Assembly: GCF_046119375.1 (NCBI RefSeq)
Contig: NW_027362762.1
Span: 303,738,001 to 303,802,000 of the forward strand
Direction of reading: 5' to 3'
Source: Phyllobates terribilis
Taxonomy: Eukaryota
DNA: 64,000 bases
How positions within the stretch are numbered: the first letter of the stretch is position 1; every line of letters starts with the position of its first letter. The translations under genes and the position numbers were made by a program. This document shows positions 13,366-24,507 of this stretch, piece after piece. The notes under the pieces are model-generated. The model saw only the letters and a list, made by a program, of their open reading frames with translations, searched no databases and had not been told where the DNA came from.

Positions 13366-13474
13366 CTCCTCTTTGGTTACCGCGTCCTCCGGGCTGCACA
13401 GATCCACTGGGTGAAAGTTGATATGCCTTGTTTGCAATCATGAGTGTATCCAAACTGCCTGACCTTCTTGTTAC
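13366..13474 (-). CDS. Candidate internal coding exon of an unidentified host gene (109 nt, phase 0-1)
   Basis: Acceptor ttttttcttcatattaaagatAG and donor GTGAGC. Open frame VTRRSGSLDTLMIANKAYQLSPSGSVQPGGRGNQRG. Phase-compatible with the exon at 7706-7807. Confidence 0.6.
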
Positions 13475-13799
13475 CTATCTTTAATATGAAGAAAAAAACG
13501 GATGTTTTAAGAAACCTTGGATTTCCTGGGATCATTCGTCCAAAAAGGCGCTGGATGCTTATTATTTTGCGCAAATTTACAAAAAAGGGGAAAAGCACTT
13601 TAGTGCACAACACAGGTATTATTTTGTGGGTTTATGTTTGCTTGTAGTAGACAACCACAAGGCCAATTTTTATCCTAGCATTAAAATACTGTTTCTAAAA
13701 ACCTTCCATTTATTTCCATTGACAAAATTAAATTACTGATTCAGAAATTTCTCGGCATATCACACTGTCCATATCGGTTTAAGTGGTTGAGAAACATAC

Positions 13800-14284
13800 T
13801 GTAGGGTTTGGTATTCACTCAGCTGCTTGAGGTAGGCACAGGAAACAGTTTGTTTAAAAATGTCCACGGTAGGTTTACTGTGACTTCATAAACCGCGCTT
13901 GAAACATAAACAAAACAAAGCCTTGTCCGGCACAGAGTAACAAAACAGCAAAACAAACAGTCCATGCCGTACTGCAGGTACGCCTGCTCTCTGGCAGTGT
14001 CCTTGAGTACAAACACGCTGGAGGTCTCCACACCTCCAGCCACAGACACTGAATGAGACACACGGTCTCCATTTTATACACACACCCCGGGGTGGGGATA
14101 TGTGAGCAGCTAATCCCCCCCCCTGTCTCTTATGACTTCTCGTTAAAAACTGGCCCTAATACGCCCTAGTAACCCTCTCAGCACTATGTGTGCTGGAGCA
14201 TGCTTTCCCGGTTTTACATCACTGAAGCTACCAACCTCAGCGATGCATATCTCCCCAAAGGACATATCCGGGGGCCATCTTACT
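13800..14284 (-). repeat. 3' LTR of Gypsy A
   Basis: Homologous to 24233-24507 and adjacent to the PPT. Confidence 0.88.
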
Positions 14285-16751
14285 TACCCCCCCTCTGCCC
14301 AAATCTGGGGGGCTTGGCACCTTCTGATAACATACAGTGGACCCTCGACAATGCGTCAGCTTTGCCATACAGTTTCCCAGGCCTATGCTCTACATGGAAG
14401 CTGAGCTCCTGAAGACCTAGGAACCACCAGGTCACTCGAGCATTGTTCCCCTTCTCGCTCATCCACCTTAGTGGGGCATGGTCTGACACCAGCCTGAATT
14501 TCCTGCCTAAAAGGTAGAATCTTAGGGTGTCCAGCGCCCACTTTATGGTCAAACATTCCTTCTCCACTATGGAGTAATTTCTCTCAAAAGACGTCAGCTT
14601 CTGGCTTAAATACATTATGGGGTGCTCTTCTTCCTTCATCTCTTGTGATAGGACTGCACCCAGCCCGACATCTGAAGCGTCTGGACCACAAAATCCTTTG
14701 AGAAATCTGGCGCCACAAGCACTGGCTGTTTGCGAACCCCGGATCACGTCAATTTTATTTACTTGGGGCTTTATCACACGTCTGATAATGACATAGCCCA
14801 AATATCTGGCTTCCTCCATGCCCATGGAAAATTTCTTCGGTTGATGGAAAATCCCACCTTCCTTAGATCATTGAATATTGCCTAGACTTTGCTCAGATGG
14901 CTTCCTCAATCCTGGTTATAGATCACAATATCATGCAGGCAGGCCGCTGCATACCTTTTGTGGGGAGCTAGGATCCGGTCCATGGCTCTCTGGAAGGTAG
15001 CTACTGCACCTTGGAACCCAAACGGCATCCTGGTGTAATGGAAACACCCATTTGGCGCTGAAAAAGCAATCTTCTCCTTGGCCTCTTGGGACCTAGGAAT
15101 CTGTGAGGTCCAGGGTGGTAATGTACCTGGCCGGCCATAACCTTTCAATTAGTTCATCTATCCTGGGCATTGGGTATGAATCAAACTTAGAGACCTCATT
15201 CAGTTTCCTGTAGTCATTGCAGAGCCGCCATTCTCCATCAAGTTCCGGCACTAATATTATGGGACTGTGGGTCTGGACCAGCCACTCTTGGACTCTTCAG
15301 TGACCCCTAGTTTCAACATGCGCTTCACCTCCTTCGAGATTATCTAGTGGCGGGCATAAGGAATCTGATATGGCTTCATATTCACTCGGACATGAGGCTC
15401 CATAAGCACCTCATGCTCCATGACCTGAGTACAGCTCAGCAGATCAGAGAACAGGTCCCTGTTGCACTGCAGAAACTCTCTGCATTGTTGCTTTTGGGCA
15501 CGTGACAGTGATTCTGCCACCTTGACTTCCTCCACGTCGGTTTCAATCTTCGTCACCAAATACGGAGCTTCCATGGGCTCCTTATCTTGGCATGGCTTAA
15601 TCGGGTTGACGTAGTGTTTCCGTCTCCTGGGTTGGTGGACCCTATAGTTGACATTGCCAACCTTTTCAACAACTTCAGAGGGGCCCTGCCACTTGGCCCA
15701 GATTTTTCTCTCCACCGTAGGTACCAACATTAGTACCCGATCCCCAGTGTTGAAGTGTCTCACCCTCACCTACCTATTATACACTCTCGACGGTGCCTCT
15801 TGTGCTTTGAGTAGGTGTTCTTTCACAATTGGCATCACCTATGCAATCCTCTCTTGCATTTGGGCCACATGTTGTATTACACTCCTGTAGGGTGTAGATT
15901 CCATCTCCCAGGTCTCTTTTGCCACATCCGGGAGTCCATGGGGGTATCGGAATGGGAGGATCCAGTAGAGGCTTGTGGGACTTTTCTGATGGAAAATAGA
16001 AGGTATGGCAGTAGAAAATCCCAGTCCCGGCCATCTTTCTCTATAATCTTCTTCGACATGGCCTTCAAGGTTTTATTAAACCTTTCCACCAAGCCATCTG
16101 TCTGTGGGTGGTAATCCTGTGATTTGCAGGATCTTGCACTACTCCCTCATTACTTTTGACATAAATGGAGTTTCTTGATCCATTAGGATCTCTTTAGGCA
16201 ACCCCATCCTGGAAAAGATATGGACCAACTACCGGGGCTATACACTTAGAGGAGAAGTTTCGTAGTGGTACGGATATCATGTAGCATAGTCCAGGACCAC
16301 CAGGATGTACTGATGACTTCAGGCAGACTTGACCAGTGGTCTCACTAGATACATGGCGATGGGATCGAACGGGAGCTTAATGATAGGCAGAGGCACTAAA
16401 GGGCTACAGGAGTGAGTCAACGGGGAGATCAGCTGACAGGTGGGACAGGACCAACAGTAATTCACTAAATCTTTGTGACACCCAGGCCAGTAGAACTTCT
16501 GGATGATCTTTTCTTGTTTTTTTTTCTAACCCCAGATGGCCACCTAAGACATGTGCATGGTCCATATCTAACACCCTACGTTTGTATGGCCCTGGCACTA
16601 GTAACAGCTCGATCACCTCGACTCTGAGCTTGGTGACCCGATATAGTAACGCCCAATTCCTGGCAAAGTATGGATATCGGGTGTCAGCCCCTGGCTCTTG
16701 AGCAACACCATTCCGGACAGTGACATTATCAAGCGCCCTTTTTAGAGTCAA
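14280..16751 (-). pseudogene. pol: Gypsy A pol remnants: integrase (16751-15344) upstream of RT (about 15330-14906) and RNase H (14825-14280)
   Basis: Integrase GHLGLEK, VERFNKTLK and KWQGPSEVV. RT MPFGFQGAVATFQRAMD..CLHDIVIY. RNase H DASDVGLGAVLSQ..ERNYSIVEKECL. Confidence 0.88.
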
Positions 16752-17759
16752 GTTTCTGAGCTGGGTGGTTCCAAAGTTTCCCCAGACACCTCCAGCTCCG
16801 GGTTGTAGGCTTGGGGGGATGCTGCCTCTTCCTCACCCCCAACAAGCACACCAAAGGAAACCTGATGGCGGCAGCCTGTGATGAGGTTTCTTCAGGAGCG
16901 ACCTAGTTTTTTGTCTGGACAACCTGGCTTCCTCCCTTTCACCCACAAATCCGAAAACAAGGCAAAGTCCCTGCCTATTATAACAGGGTGAAACATGTCC
17001 TTGACTAAGCCCATCTCCTGGGACTTGGCACTAGTGATGAGCGAGCACTAAAATGCTCGGGTGCTCGTTTCTCGGGTAGAGCACATTGGGATACTCGGGT
17101 GCTCGACTCGAGAAATGAGCCCAATGTAAGTCTATGAGAAACTTGAGCATTTTTCAGGCGGCTCCTCCCGGCGGTCTGCAGAGGGCCTAAAAATTGCCCA
17201 AATCGATGGGAACAGTGATCAAATGACATGGGAACAGCATGGGGAAGACCCCTGGAAGCATTTCTGACTCCCAGGTCACTTCTGTAAACAATGCTGTCAG
17301 AGGTATTATGCCACTTTTATGGACTCACAATAAAACATACCAAAACAAAACCAAAATGGATTTTCCTGGGAAATATGTTAAGGAACATCCTTTCCAGGGT
17401 AATGACTTGTATATAAAGCAAAATAAATAACCAAAATCAAAAATGCTCCTCCACAACTTGGGCTATGTTCACACGTATGTTTTGATGCATTTTTTCACTT
17501 TTGCATTGCTTTCAACCGTGACAAATGCATTCACCAGGAAATGTCATTTTAACATATTGCAACCTTATCTGGCCATGTGGTGTGTGAGATATCATCAGAC
17601 ACATCATGTTTCATTTATGAAGGCGGGACTCTGAGAGTTACAAAGCCTATTTTTATAGGGCCATCAGACGGCCTTTACTATTCTTGAAAGGCCAGCAGTC
17701 GGCCCTCACTATTCTTAGAGAGCCATCAGCCAGCTATGTTTTATTTTTCCCATTACTAA

Positions 17760-18130
17760 AGAGTGGGTCTCCTATACTGTTATTGCGTACACAGTGAGTG
17801 CCAGGGGTGCTCAAAATTTGGACCCCTTTGAAGAGACTTAGAGGAGGGCCTCCTGAAAACAATATTCCCATTATTAGGAAGTGGGTCTCCCATTGTGTTC
17901 GCCTATGCAGTGAATGCAAGGGTTGCCAAAAATTTGGAGGCACTCCAATGCCCCTTGGAAGAGACGTAGAGGGACTCAAAAAAATATTCCCATTATTTGG
18001 AAGTGGGTCTCCCATAGTGTTGGCCTATGCAGTGAATGCAAGGGCTGCCAAAAATTGGGAGGCACTCCAATGCCCCTTGGAAGAGATGTGGAGGAGGGCC
18101 TCATAAAAAAATGTTCCAATTAGAAAGGAC
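17760..18130. repeat. About 122-bp tandem subterminal repeats at the hAT 3' end
   Basis: gtgggtctcc recurs at 17881 and 18003. Same units at 41740-42080 and 55300-55640. Confidence 0.8.
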
Positions 18131-18410
18131 CAGGCCTCCTATACTTGTAAGGCCCATGCACTAAGTGTATGGGCTGACAAACATTTACCCCTGGGGGGTA
18201 TACATGAACATACTGTATAAAAAAATTTTTTTACGGGCATCATAAACAACCTTTAAAAAAATTATGTGCGTGTTGCATCATGGACCACGGTCACCCTGGT
18301 GATATGGTGGTGGAGGATGAGTATGAGGAGAAGGAGGAGGACAAGAGCAAATAGCCAAAATCAGGAAGCGTATACCCATGTCTGGGTGTGAAAAGGTGCT
18401 GGATTTGAGT

Positions 18411-21400
18411 TTATGTTACTCTGCTATCATTCGGTGGTGTTGAGAAGTCTGGCGCAATCCAGCCCTTGTTCATTTTCATAAGAGTCAGCCTGTCAGCATT
18501 TTCAGTTGACAGGCGGATGCGCTTATCAGTTATAATTCCACCAGCGGCACTAAAAACCTGCTCTGATAAAACGCTGGCGACAGGGCACACCAGGACCTCC
18601 AAGGCAAAGAGAACCAGTTCATTCCACGTATCCAGCTTGGATACCCAATAATTATAAGGCACAGAGGAATCACAGAGGACATTGGTGCGGTCAGCAACGT
18701 ACTCCCTCAGCATCTTCCCAAACTTTGCACTCCCTGTGATAGTACCCCATGCCTCAGGGCCAGTGCGATGGGAGGGGCTTAGAAAACTCTCCCAGAATTT
18801 TGACAGTGTTCCCCTGCCTCTGCTGGATTGAAGTTGTGTCTCTCTCACCTGTACTACTTGGTTTTCCAACGAAGTGTGCCCTCTGCTGCCAGCTTTTTTC
18901 AGATGGGAATTTTTTTAATAGTTCCACAACAAGGGCCTTTTGGTACAGCCCCATTTTTGTAGACCTGTCCGACATAGGAATAAGAGATATAAAGTTCTCC
19001 TTGTAACGTGGGTCTATAAGAGTCAACAACCAGTAATGACTGTCACCCAAAATTTTGAGAATGCGAGGGTCATGGGAAAGGCACCGTAACATAAATTAAG
19101 CAATGCGTGCCAGACTACTAACAGGCAATACTTCCGTGTCCTCACCAACAGGATGACTGACCATGCTCTCCTCCTCCTCTCTGTCCTCTGGCCATCGATG
19201 CTGAACAGACGGTATGACAGCTGTGCAGGTAGTACCATCCATAGCACATGAAACTAGCTCCTGTCCTTCCTCCTCCTCTTCCTCATTGTCACCCAATCCA
19301 CATTGGGATGAGATGAGGCTGGGCTGTGTGTAATCACCCTGTATGGTTCCTTGCTCCATCTCGTGCTCCACCTGCAATGAATCCTCTTTGATTGTGAGCA
19401 GAGAGCATTTCAGAAGACAGAGAAGCAGAATTTTGACGCTAATTATGGTGGCATTGCCGCTCACCATCTTGGTGGAGTCCTCAAAGTTTTGAAGGATGGT
19501 ACATATGTTTGACATCCATGTCCACTCCTGAGGTCTTATGTGTGGAGTCTGAACTGAATACCGACAGCGTTGTTGATGCTGGTACTCAACAACTGCCCTC
19601 TTCTGCTCACAAATCCTTCCCAACATCTGCAGTGTAGAGTTCCAACGCGTGGGGACATCACACACCAGTCTGTGAGCCGGAAGCTGCAAATGCTGCTGAA
19701 ACATGGCAAGGGTGGCAAAACCTGTAGCTGACTTTCTAAAATGGGCAACAGGCGGCGTATGTTAACAAGCAGATCCAACAGCTCCGAGTAGAATTTGAGA
19801 AACAGCTGAACCACGAGGTTAAGCACATGGGCCAGGCATGGTAATTGTGTGAGCTCGCCTCGCATCAGAGCCGTCACCAAGTTCCGTCCATTGTCACACA
19901 TGACCATGCCTGGCTGTAGGTTCAGCGGAGTGAGCCACAGATCTGCCTGCTCTTTCAGAGCTGTCCACAACTCTTCAGCATTGTGCGGTTTGTCTCCTAA
20001 GCATATTAGCTTCAACACAGACTGTTGCCGCTTGGCCGAGGCAGTGCTGCAGTGCTTCCAGCTTGTGACTAATGTGGTCATTTTGGAGATGGAGGCTGAA
20101 GAGGAGGAAGAGGCTTAGGAGGATGAGGTGCAGGACATGTAGACTGTGGGGGCAACCCTGATTGACCTAGGGCCCGCAATCCTTGGCGTCGGGAGGACGT
20201 GTTCCGTCCCAAGGTCCGACTGGGTCCCGGCTTCCACTATGTTAACCCAGTGTGCAGTCAGCGAGATGTACCATCCCTGCCCACAAGCGCTTGTCCACGT
20301 GTCCGTGGTTAGGTGGACTTTCCCAATAACTGCGTTGTTGAGGGCACGGCTAATGTTTTGGACAGGTGGGACACCGGGAGAAATAGTGGCGGCTGGGGAC
20401 CAAGTACCGATGGACGGCTGCCGCCATCAGGTTGCAGAATACTTCCGTCTCCATGAGCTTAAAAGGCAACATTTCGAGCGCAAGCAGTCGTGAAATGTGA
20501 GAATTTAGTAGTGTGGCCTGTGGGTCGCTGGCTGCGTATTTGCCCTTGCTTTCCAGGAACTGGGCTTTGGACAACTGAACGCTGCGCTGGGACAAGGATA
20601 TGGACATGCTTCCTGATGCTGCTACTTGAGAGTGTGCAATGAAAGGTGCAGGGCAAGAGGCATCTTCGCATGCACCATGGACAGGGGAATGGTTTGCATG
20701 CATGACAGTGGAAGAATCAATGGTGCCACCTGCAGACACTGTTCCTGAACCCTGGGGTTCGGCCCACAAAGTCGGGTGCTTTGCTGCCATGTGCCTAATC
20801 ATACTGGTGGTGATCAGGCTGCTAGTTTTGCCACCCCTGCTGATGCTGGCCTGGCAGGTGGTGCAAATGGCCTTTTTGCGGTTTTCAGCAGAGTCTTTAA
20901 AAAATTATCAGACTCAGGAAGACCTAATAGTTGTACTGGCAACTTCCTTCGTGTTGGTGCTACGGTGAACGCTTGCCTTCCTTCTGTCTGCGGCCACCAC
21001 ACTGCTTCTTCCTGCCTGTTGGGGTGCTCTGCCTCCCTCCCCCTGTGTGCTGCTCTCCTTGCTCTGCATGTCTTCCTGCCCGGTTGGGTCAGTCACTATA
21101 TCATCCACCTCCTCATCTTCCAATTCCGAACCCTGGTCCTCCTCCTGACTTTCTGGCAATGGTGTCTCATCATCGTCCACCTTTGTGACACTTTTCCACC
21201 GTCACCTTCGTGTGACTGTGGCTGCTCATATATTTGGGCATCGCTACATACGATCTCTTGCCCCACTTCAAGTGGGCCGGGCGAGAGGCCCGAATCTATA
21301 AATGGAAAAGTGAACAGATCTTCAGAGTGTCCAAGTGTGGGATCAGTTGTCTCCGGCGACTCTGCATGGTGGGAGGAAGGAGGATCAGGGTGAGGAATAT

Positions 21401-21690
21401 GCGGTCCAGACTCACGGCTACTACTGAGACTTGACCGTGTGGAAGACAGGGTGGTGGTGGCTAAGTGACTGAAAGCATTATCCGCTAACCAACAACCTTT
21501 TGATACTTTTCTGGGTTCAATAGTGGTGTGCTGCGGTCCCCTAGGAATTGAGACAGGAAGGTTGGGCGAGAAGATGTGGGTGTTTTTTGTGGCACAATTT
21601 CAGCTTGCCCACGACTTTGTCCTCGGCCTCTGCATGCACCATCACCATCACATCCAGTTCCTCATCCCTTGCCACGTGCCTTGCCTATTT
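18411..21690 (-). pseudogene. hAT (Ac-like, BED-finger) transposase of copy 2, frameshifted
   Basis: MIRHMAAKHP (BED finger end), MVMCDNGRNLV, PCLAHVLNLVV, DVPTRWNST and SVLSEQVFSAAGGIITDKRIRLS (dimerisation domain), spread over several ORFs. Confidence 0.93.
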
Positions 21691-21749
21691 TAAATGGAGG
21701 AGATTATCTTCCACGCTCACTACAAATGACTGAGTTTGGAATGAACTTA

Positions 21750-22260
21750 TAAGTGATCCGTGTGAAGGAGAAAACAGAGTTTTAAATACCTGGTCTGTAG
21801 GTAGCTAGTTTGAATAGCAAACTGGTGTGAATTGCTTCACTGACACACAGAAAGAAATTTTTAATGGAGGCCAGAAATGGCAGTATTTTCTGACAACGTA
21901 AATGTGATCCATGTGACGGAGAAAACACAGTTTTAAATACCTGGCCTGTAGGCAGCTAGTTTGAACAGCAAACTGGTGTGAATTGCTTCACTGACACATT
22001 GAAAGAAATTTTTAATGGAGGCCAGAAATGGCAGTATATTCTGACAACGTATATGGGATCCGTGTGATGGAGAAAACAGAATTTTAAATACTTGGCCTGT
22101 AGGTAACTAGTTTGAACTGCAAACCGATGTCAAAAACTTCGCTGACCCAGTGAAAAAAAATTGCAATGGAGGCCAAATATGACAGTCTTTTCTGAAAACG
22201 TATATGTGATCCGTGTGACGGAGAAAATGCAGTTTTAAATAGCTGGATTTCTAGCGCTGT
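21750..22260. repeat. About 150-bp tandem subterminal repeats at the hAT 5' end
   Basis: gatcc(g/a)tgtg recurs at about 21756, 21907, 22057 and 22208. Reverse-complement array at 26500-26830. Confidence 0.85.
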
Positions 22261-22953
22261 AATATGGAAAGGACCTGGCTGTATTCTGCAGTGCCAACAA
22301 GCAAATGGCACAGAAAAATCTTGTTCTCTGGATTGCTTTTTAAGCAAATAATGAGGATTAAGATCCAAAAAAAAGTATTCCTGGCCCCTGAGACCTGGGC
22401 CTTTGTATAGAAATATCTAACAGCAGCAGAATTGGAATGGAGCCTCTTGTGCTATATGCACTGCCGTCTGCTATATACACTGCCTGCCTATATACCCTGC
22501 CTGCCTGACTGCAGATGGATTAGTCCTCAGAAGGACTGTTTGTTAAGATGGATATGTGTAATGTGTGTTTTTTTCTCCCTACACTACCTAATACACAACC
22601 AAATCTCTCCCTGACGCAGCAGAACTTCTCCCTACACTGCCTGATTCCGGAGTGACTGTGACGAGAACAGAGGAGCCAGGTCTGATATAGACCTGATGAC
22701 GCTGTGCAGCCAGCCAATCACTGTAATGCCTCAACCACCATGGCTGCGGCATTACAATGAATGACAGGCAATCCCTGCATGTTGATTGGCGCTCTTAAGA
22801 GCGCCAAACATGCAGGGAGGGGACCCGAGCATCCGCCCGAGCATCTCACAAGTACTCGCAAGCTCAAAGCATCTCAAGTACTGAGATGCTCGGGCGAGTA
22901 TCGGGTACTTGTGAGTATGCTCGCTCATCACTACTTGGCACCACAGTTTGTGT

Positions 22954-24169
22954 CTATGACCAATTGGACCACAGGGTAGTCCTTAGCATCCCCATGGATA
23001 CAGCGGAGGCCGATATTTTTCCCCCCAGAACCAGCCGATGAGAAATTGTGGCCCTCACTAGGGTGACCAAACTCCCCGAGTCTAACAGAGCAGTCACTTG
23101 CACTCCATTCACTGACACAAGACACTTCTGCGGTCCCTTGCCTGGTTGAGGAACAGCACTGCAGGCTAGATATGCAAAGTATGAACAGCGCCATCCTGCG
23201 CTGCAGTCCATTAGCTCTTTGGTCATGGGGCAACGGGCGGCTATGTGACGGGGTATGACATCTCCAACATACTATGTTATTGGGCGGGACCTTTGGCTGC
23301 AACTCATGACCCCTCCTGGGCTCTAGGACGTCCCCCAGATGTGGCTTTAGTTGCCCTATTTTGGGTGGCCACCCAATTTTGGGAACCCCAGTATGGAGAT
23401 GCTATGACCCTTGGCTTCCCCAAGGAACTCTCTACCACCTGGTACCTTTCCACCAACCCCACCAGGTCATTGTCATTACGGGGATCCTCCTAGACAACCC
23501 AGGATTGCACCGACCTCGGAAGAGAGTGTATGAACCTGTCCATGATGACCCTCTCCCTCATATGTGCTAAGGAGAAAGACTCAGGCTGCAACCACTTTTG
23601 GACCAAGTCTAGGAGGTTGAACATATGAGATCAGGGAGGTTTGTTACTGCAATAGGCCAAGTGGTGCACCCATTGCACCCTGACAATCAGAGTCACACCC
23701 AAGCGCGCCAAGATCTCCATTTTTAATTTGGCGCACTCTTTTGCAAGGCCAAATCATAACAGGCTTTCTTCGGCTCGCCTGTTAAATAAGGCACCAAAAC
23801 CTCTGCCCACTGCTCCAGAGGCATTTTCTCCCACTCTGCCACCCTCTCAAAGACCGTCAGGAACGCTTCCACGTCATCACCCTTGGTCATCTTTTGTAAT
23901 TCTCTTCTTGCCATCTTCCTCACGTGAGAGTCATCACCTGGAGATGGGGGTGGGGCGGTGGCCCAGCCACAGATCACCTTGGCTGAGAGCTCCATATTCT
24001 GCTTGTGCTGTAGTTGTTGCATCTGTTGCTGCTGTGCCTGCTGCTGCTGTTGCCACTGCTGCTGCTGCTGCTGTTGATGTTGCTGGAGATTAGCCTGCAT
24101 GAGTTTCTTTATCAGCTCCTCTTTGCTGCTGGACGTCCCTGGCTGGCTGGCGGCCTTCATCCAGGACAT
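22954..24169 (-). pseudogene. gag: Gypsy A gag (SCAN-like capsid, polyQ tract, CCHC knuckle) and aspartic protease
   Basis: KMTKGDDVEAFLTVFERVAEWEKMPLEQWAEVLVPYLTGE. Zinc knuckle CWRCHTP-H-IAARC spans a frameshift. Protease ALLDSGSLVTLV. Confidence 0.88.
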
Positions 24170-24232
24170 AAAAGTTTTCCTGTAGCAGTCACACTACCCC
24201 TTTGGATTCGTGCCCAAGCTTCTTGCACCAAT

Positions 24233-24507
24233 TGTAGGGTTTGGTACTCACTCAGCTGATTGAGGTAGGTACAGGATATAGTTTGTTTAAAAATGTCCAC
24301 GGCAGGTTTCTTGTAACTTAATACACCGCACTTGAAATGTAAACAAAACACAGCCTTGTCTGGCACAGAGTAACAAAACAGCAAAACAAACACTCCATGC
24401 AGTACTGCCGGTTCGCCTGCTCACTGGCGGTGTCCTTGAGTACAAATACGCTGGAGGTCTCCACACATCCAGCCACAGTCACGGACATGTCTGGTGGCCA
24501 TCTTACA
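24233..24507 (-). repeat. 5' LTR of Gypsy A (about 210 bp shorter than the 3' LTR)
   Basis: Aligns to both ends of 13800-14284 with the middle missing. Confidence 0.85.

Larger units (their letters stand above)
17032..22933 (-). mobile_element. hAT copy 2, full length (5.9 kb), inserted in Gypsy A between protease and integrase
   Basis: TIRs TAGTGATGAGCGAGCA at both ends. Perfect 8-bp TSD CTTGGCAC at 17024-17031 and 22934-22941. Confidence 0.96.
13800..24507 (-). mobile_element. Gypsy element A: Gmr1-like LTR retrotransposon (gag-PR-INT-RT-RH), degenerate, containing hAT copy 2
   Basis: Paired LTRs at 13800-14284 and 24233-24507. PPT GGGCAGAGGGGGGGTA and a TGG-initiated PBS-like sequence at about 24211-24230. 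Flanks ATAC/GTAC (4-bp TSD, one mismatch). Domain order read from the ORF track. Confidence 0.9.

Noticed and set aside
18411-21690. Domesticated ZBED-like gene
   Set aside because: Every hAT copy has multiple stops or frameshifts and retains TIRs/TSDs, which marks them as decaying transposons and not host genes.
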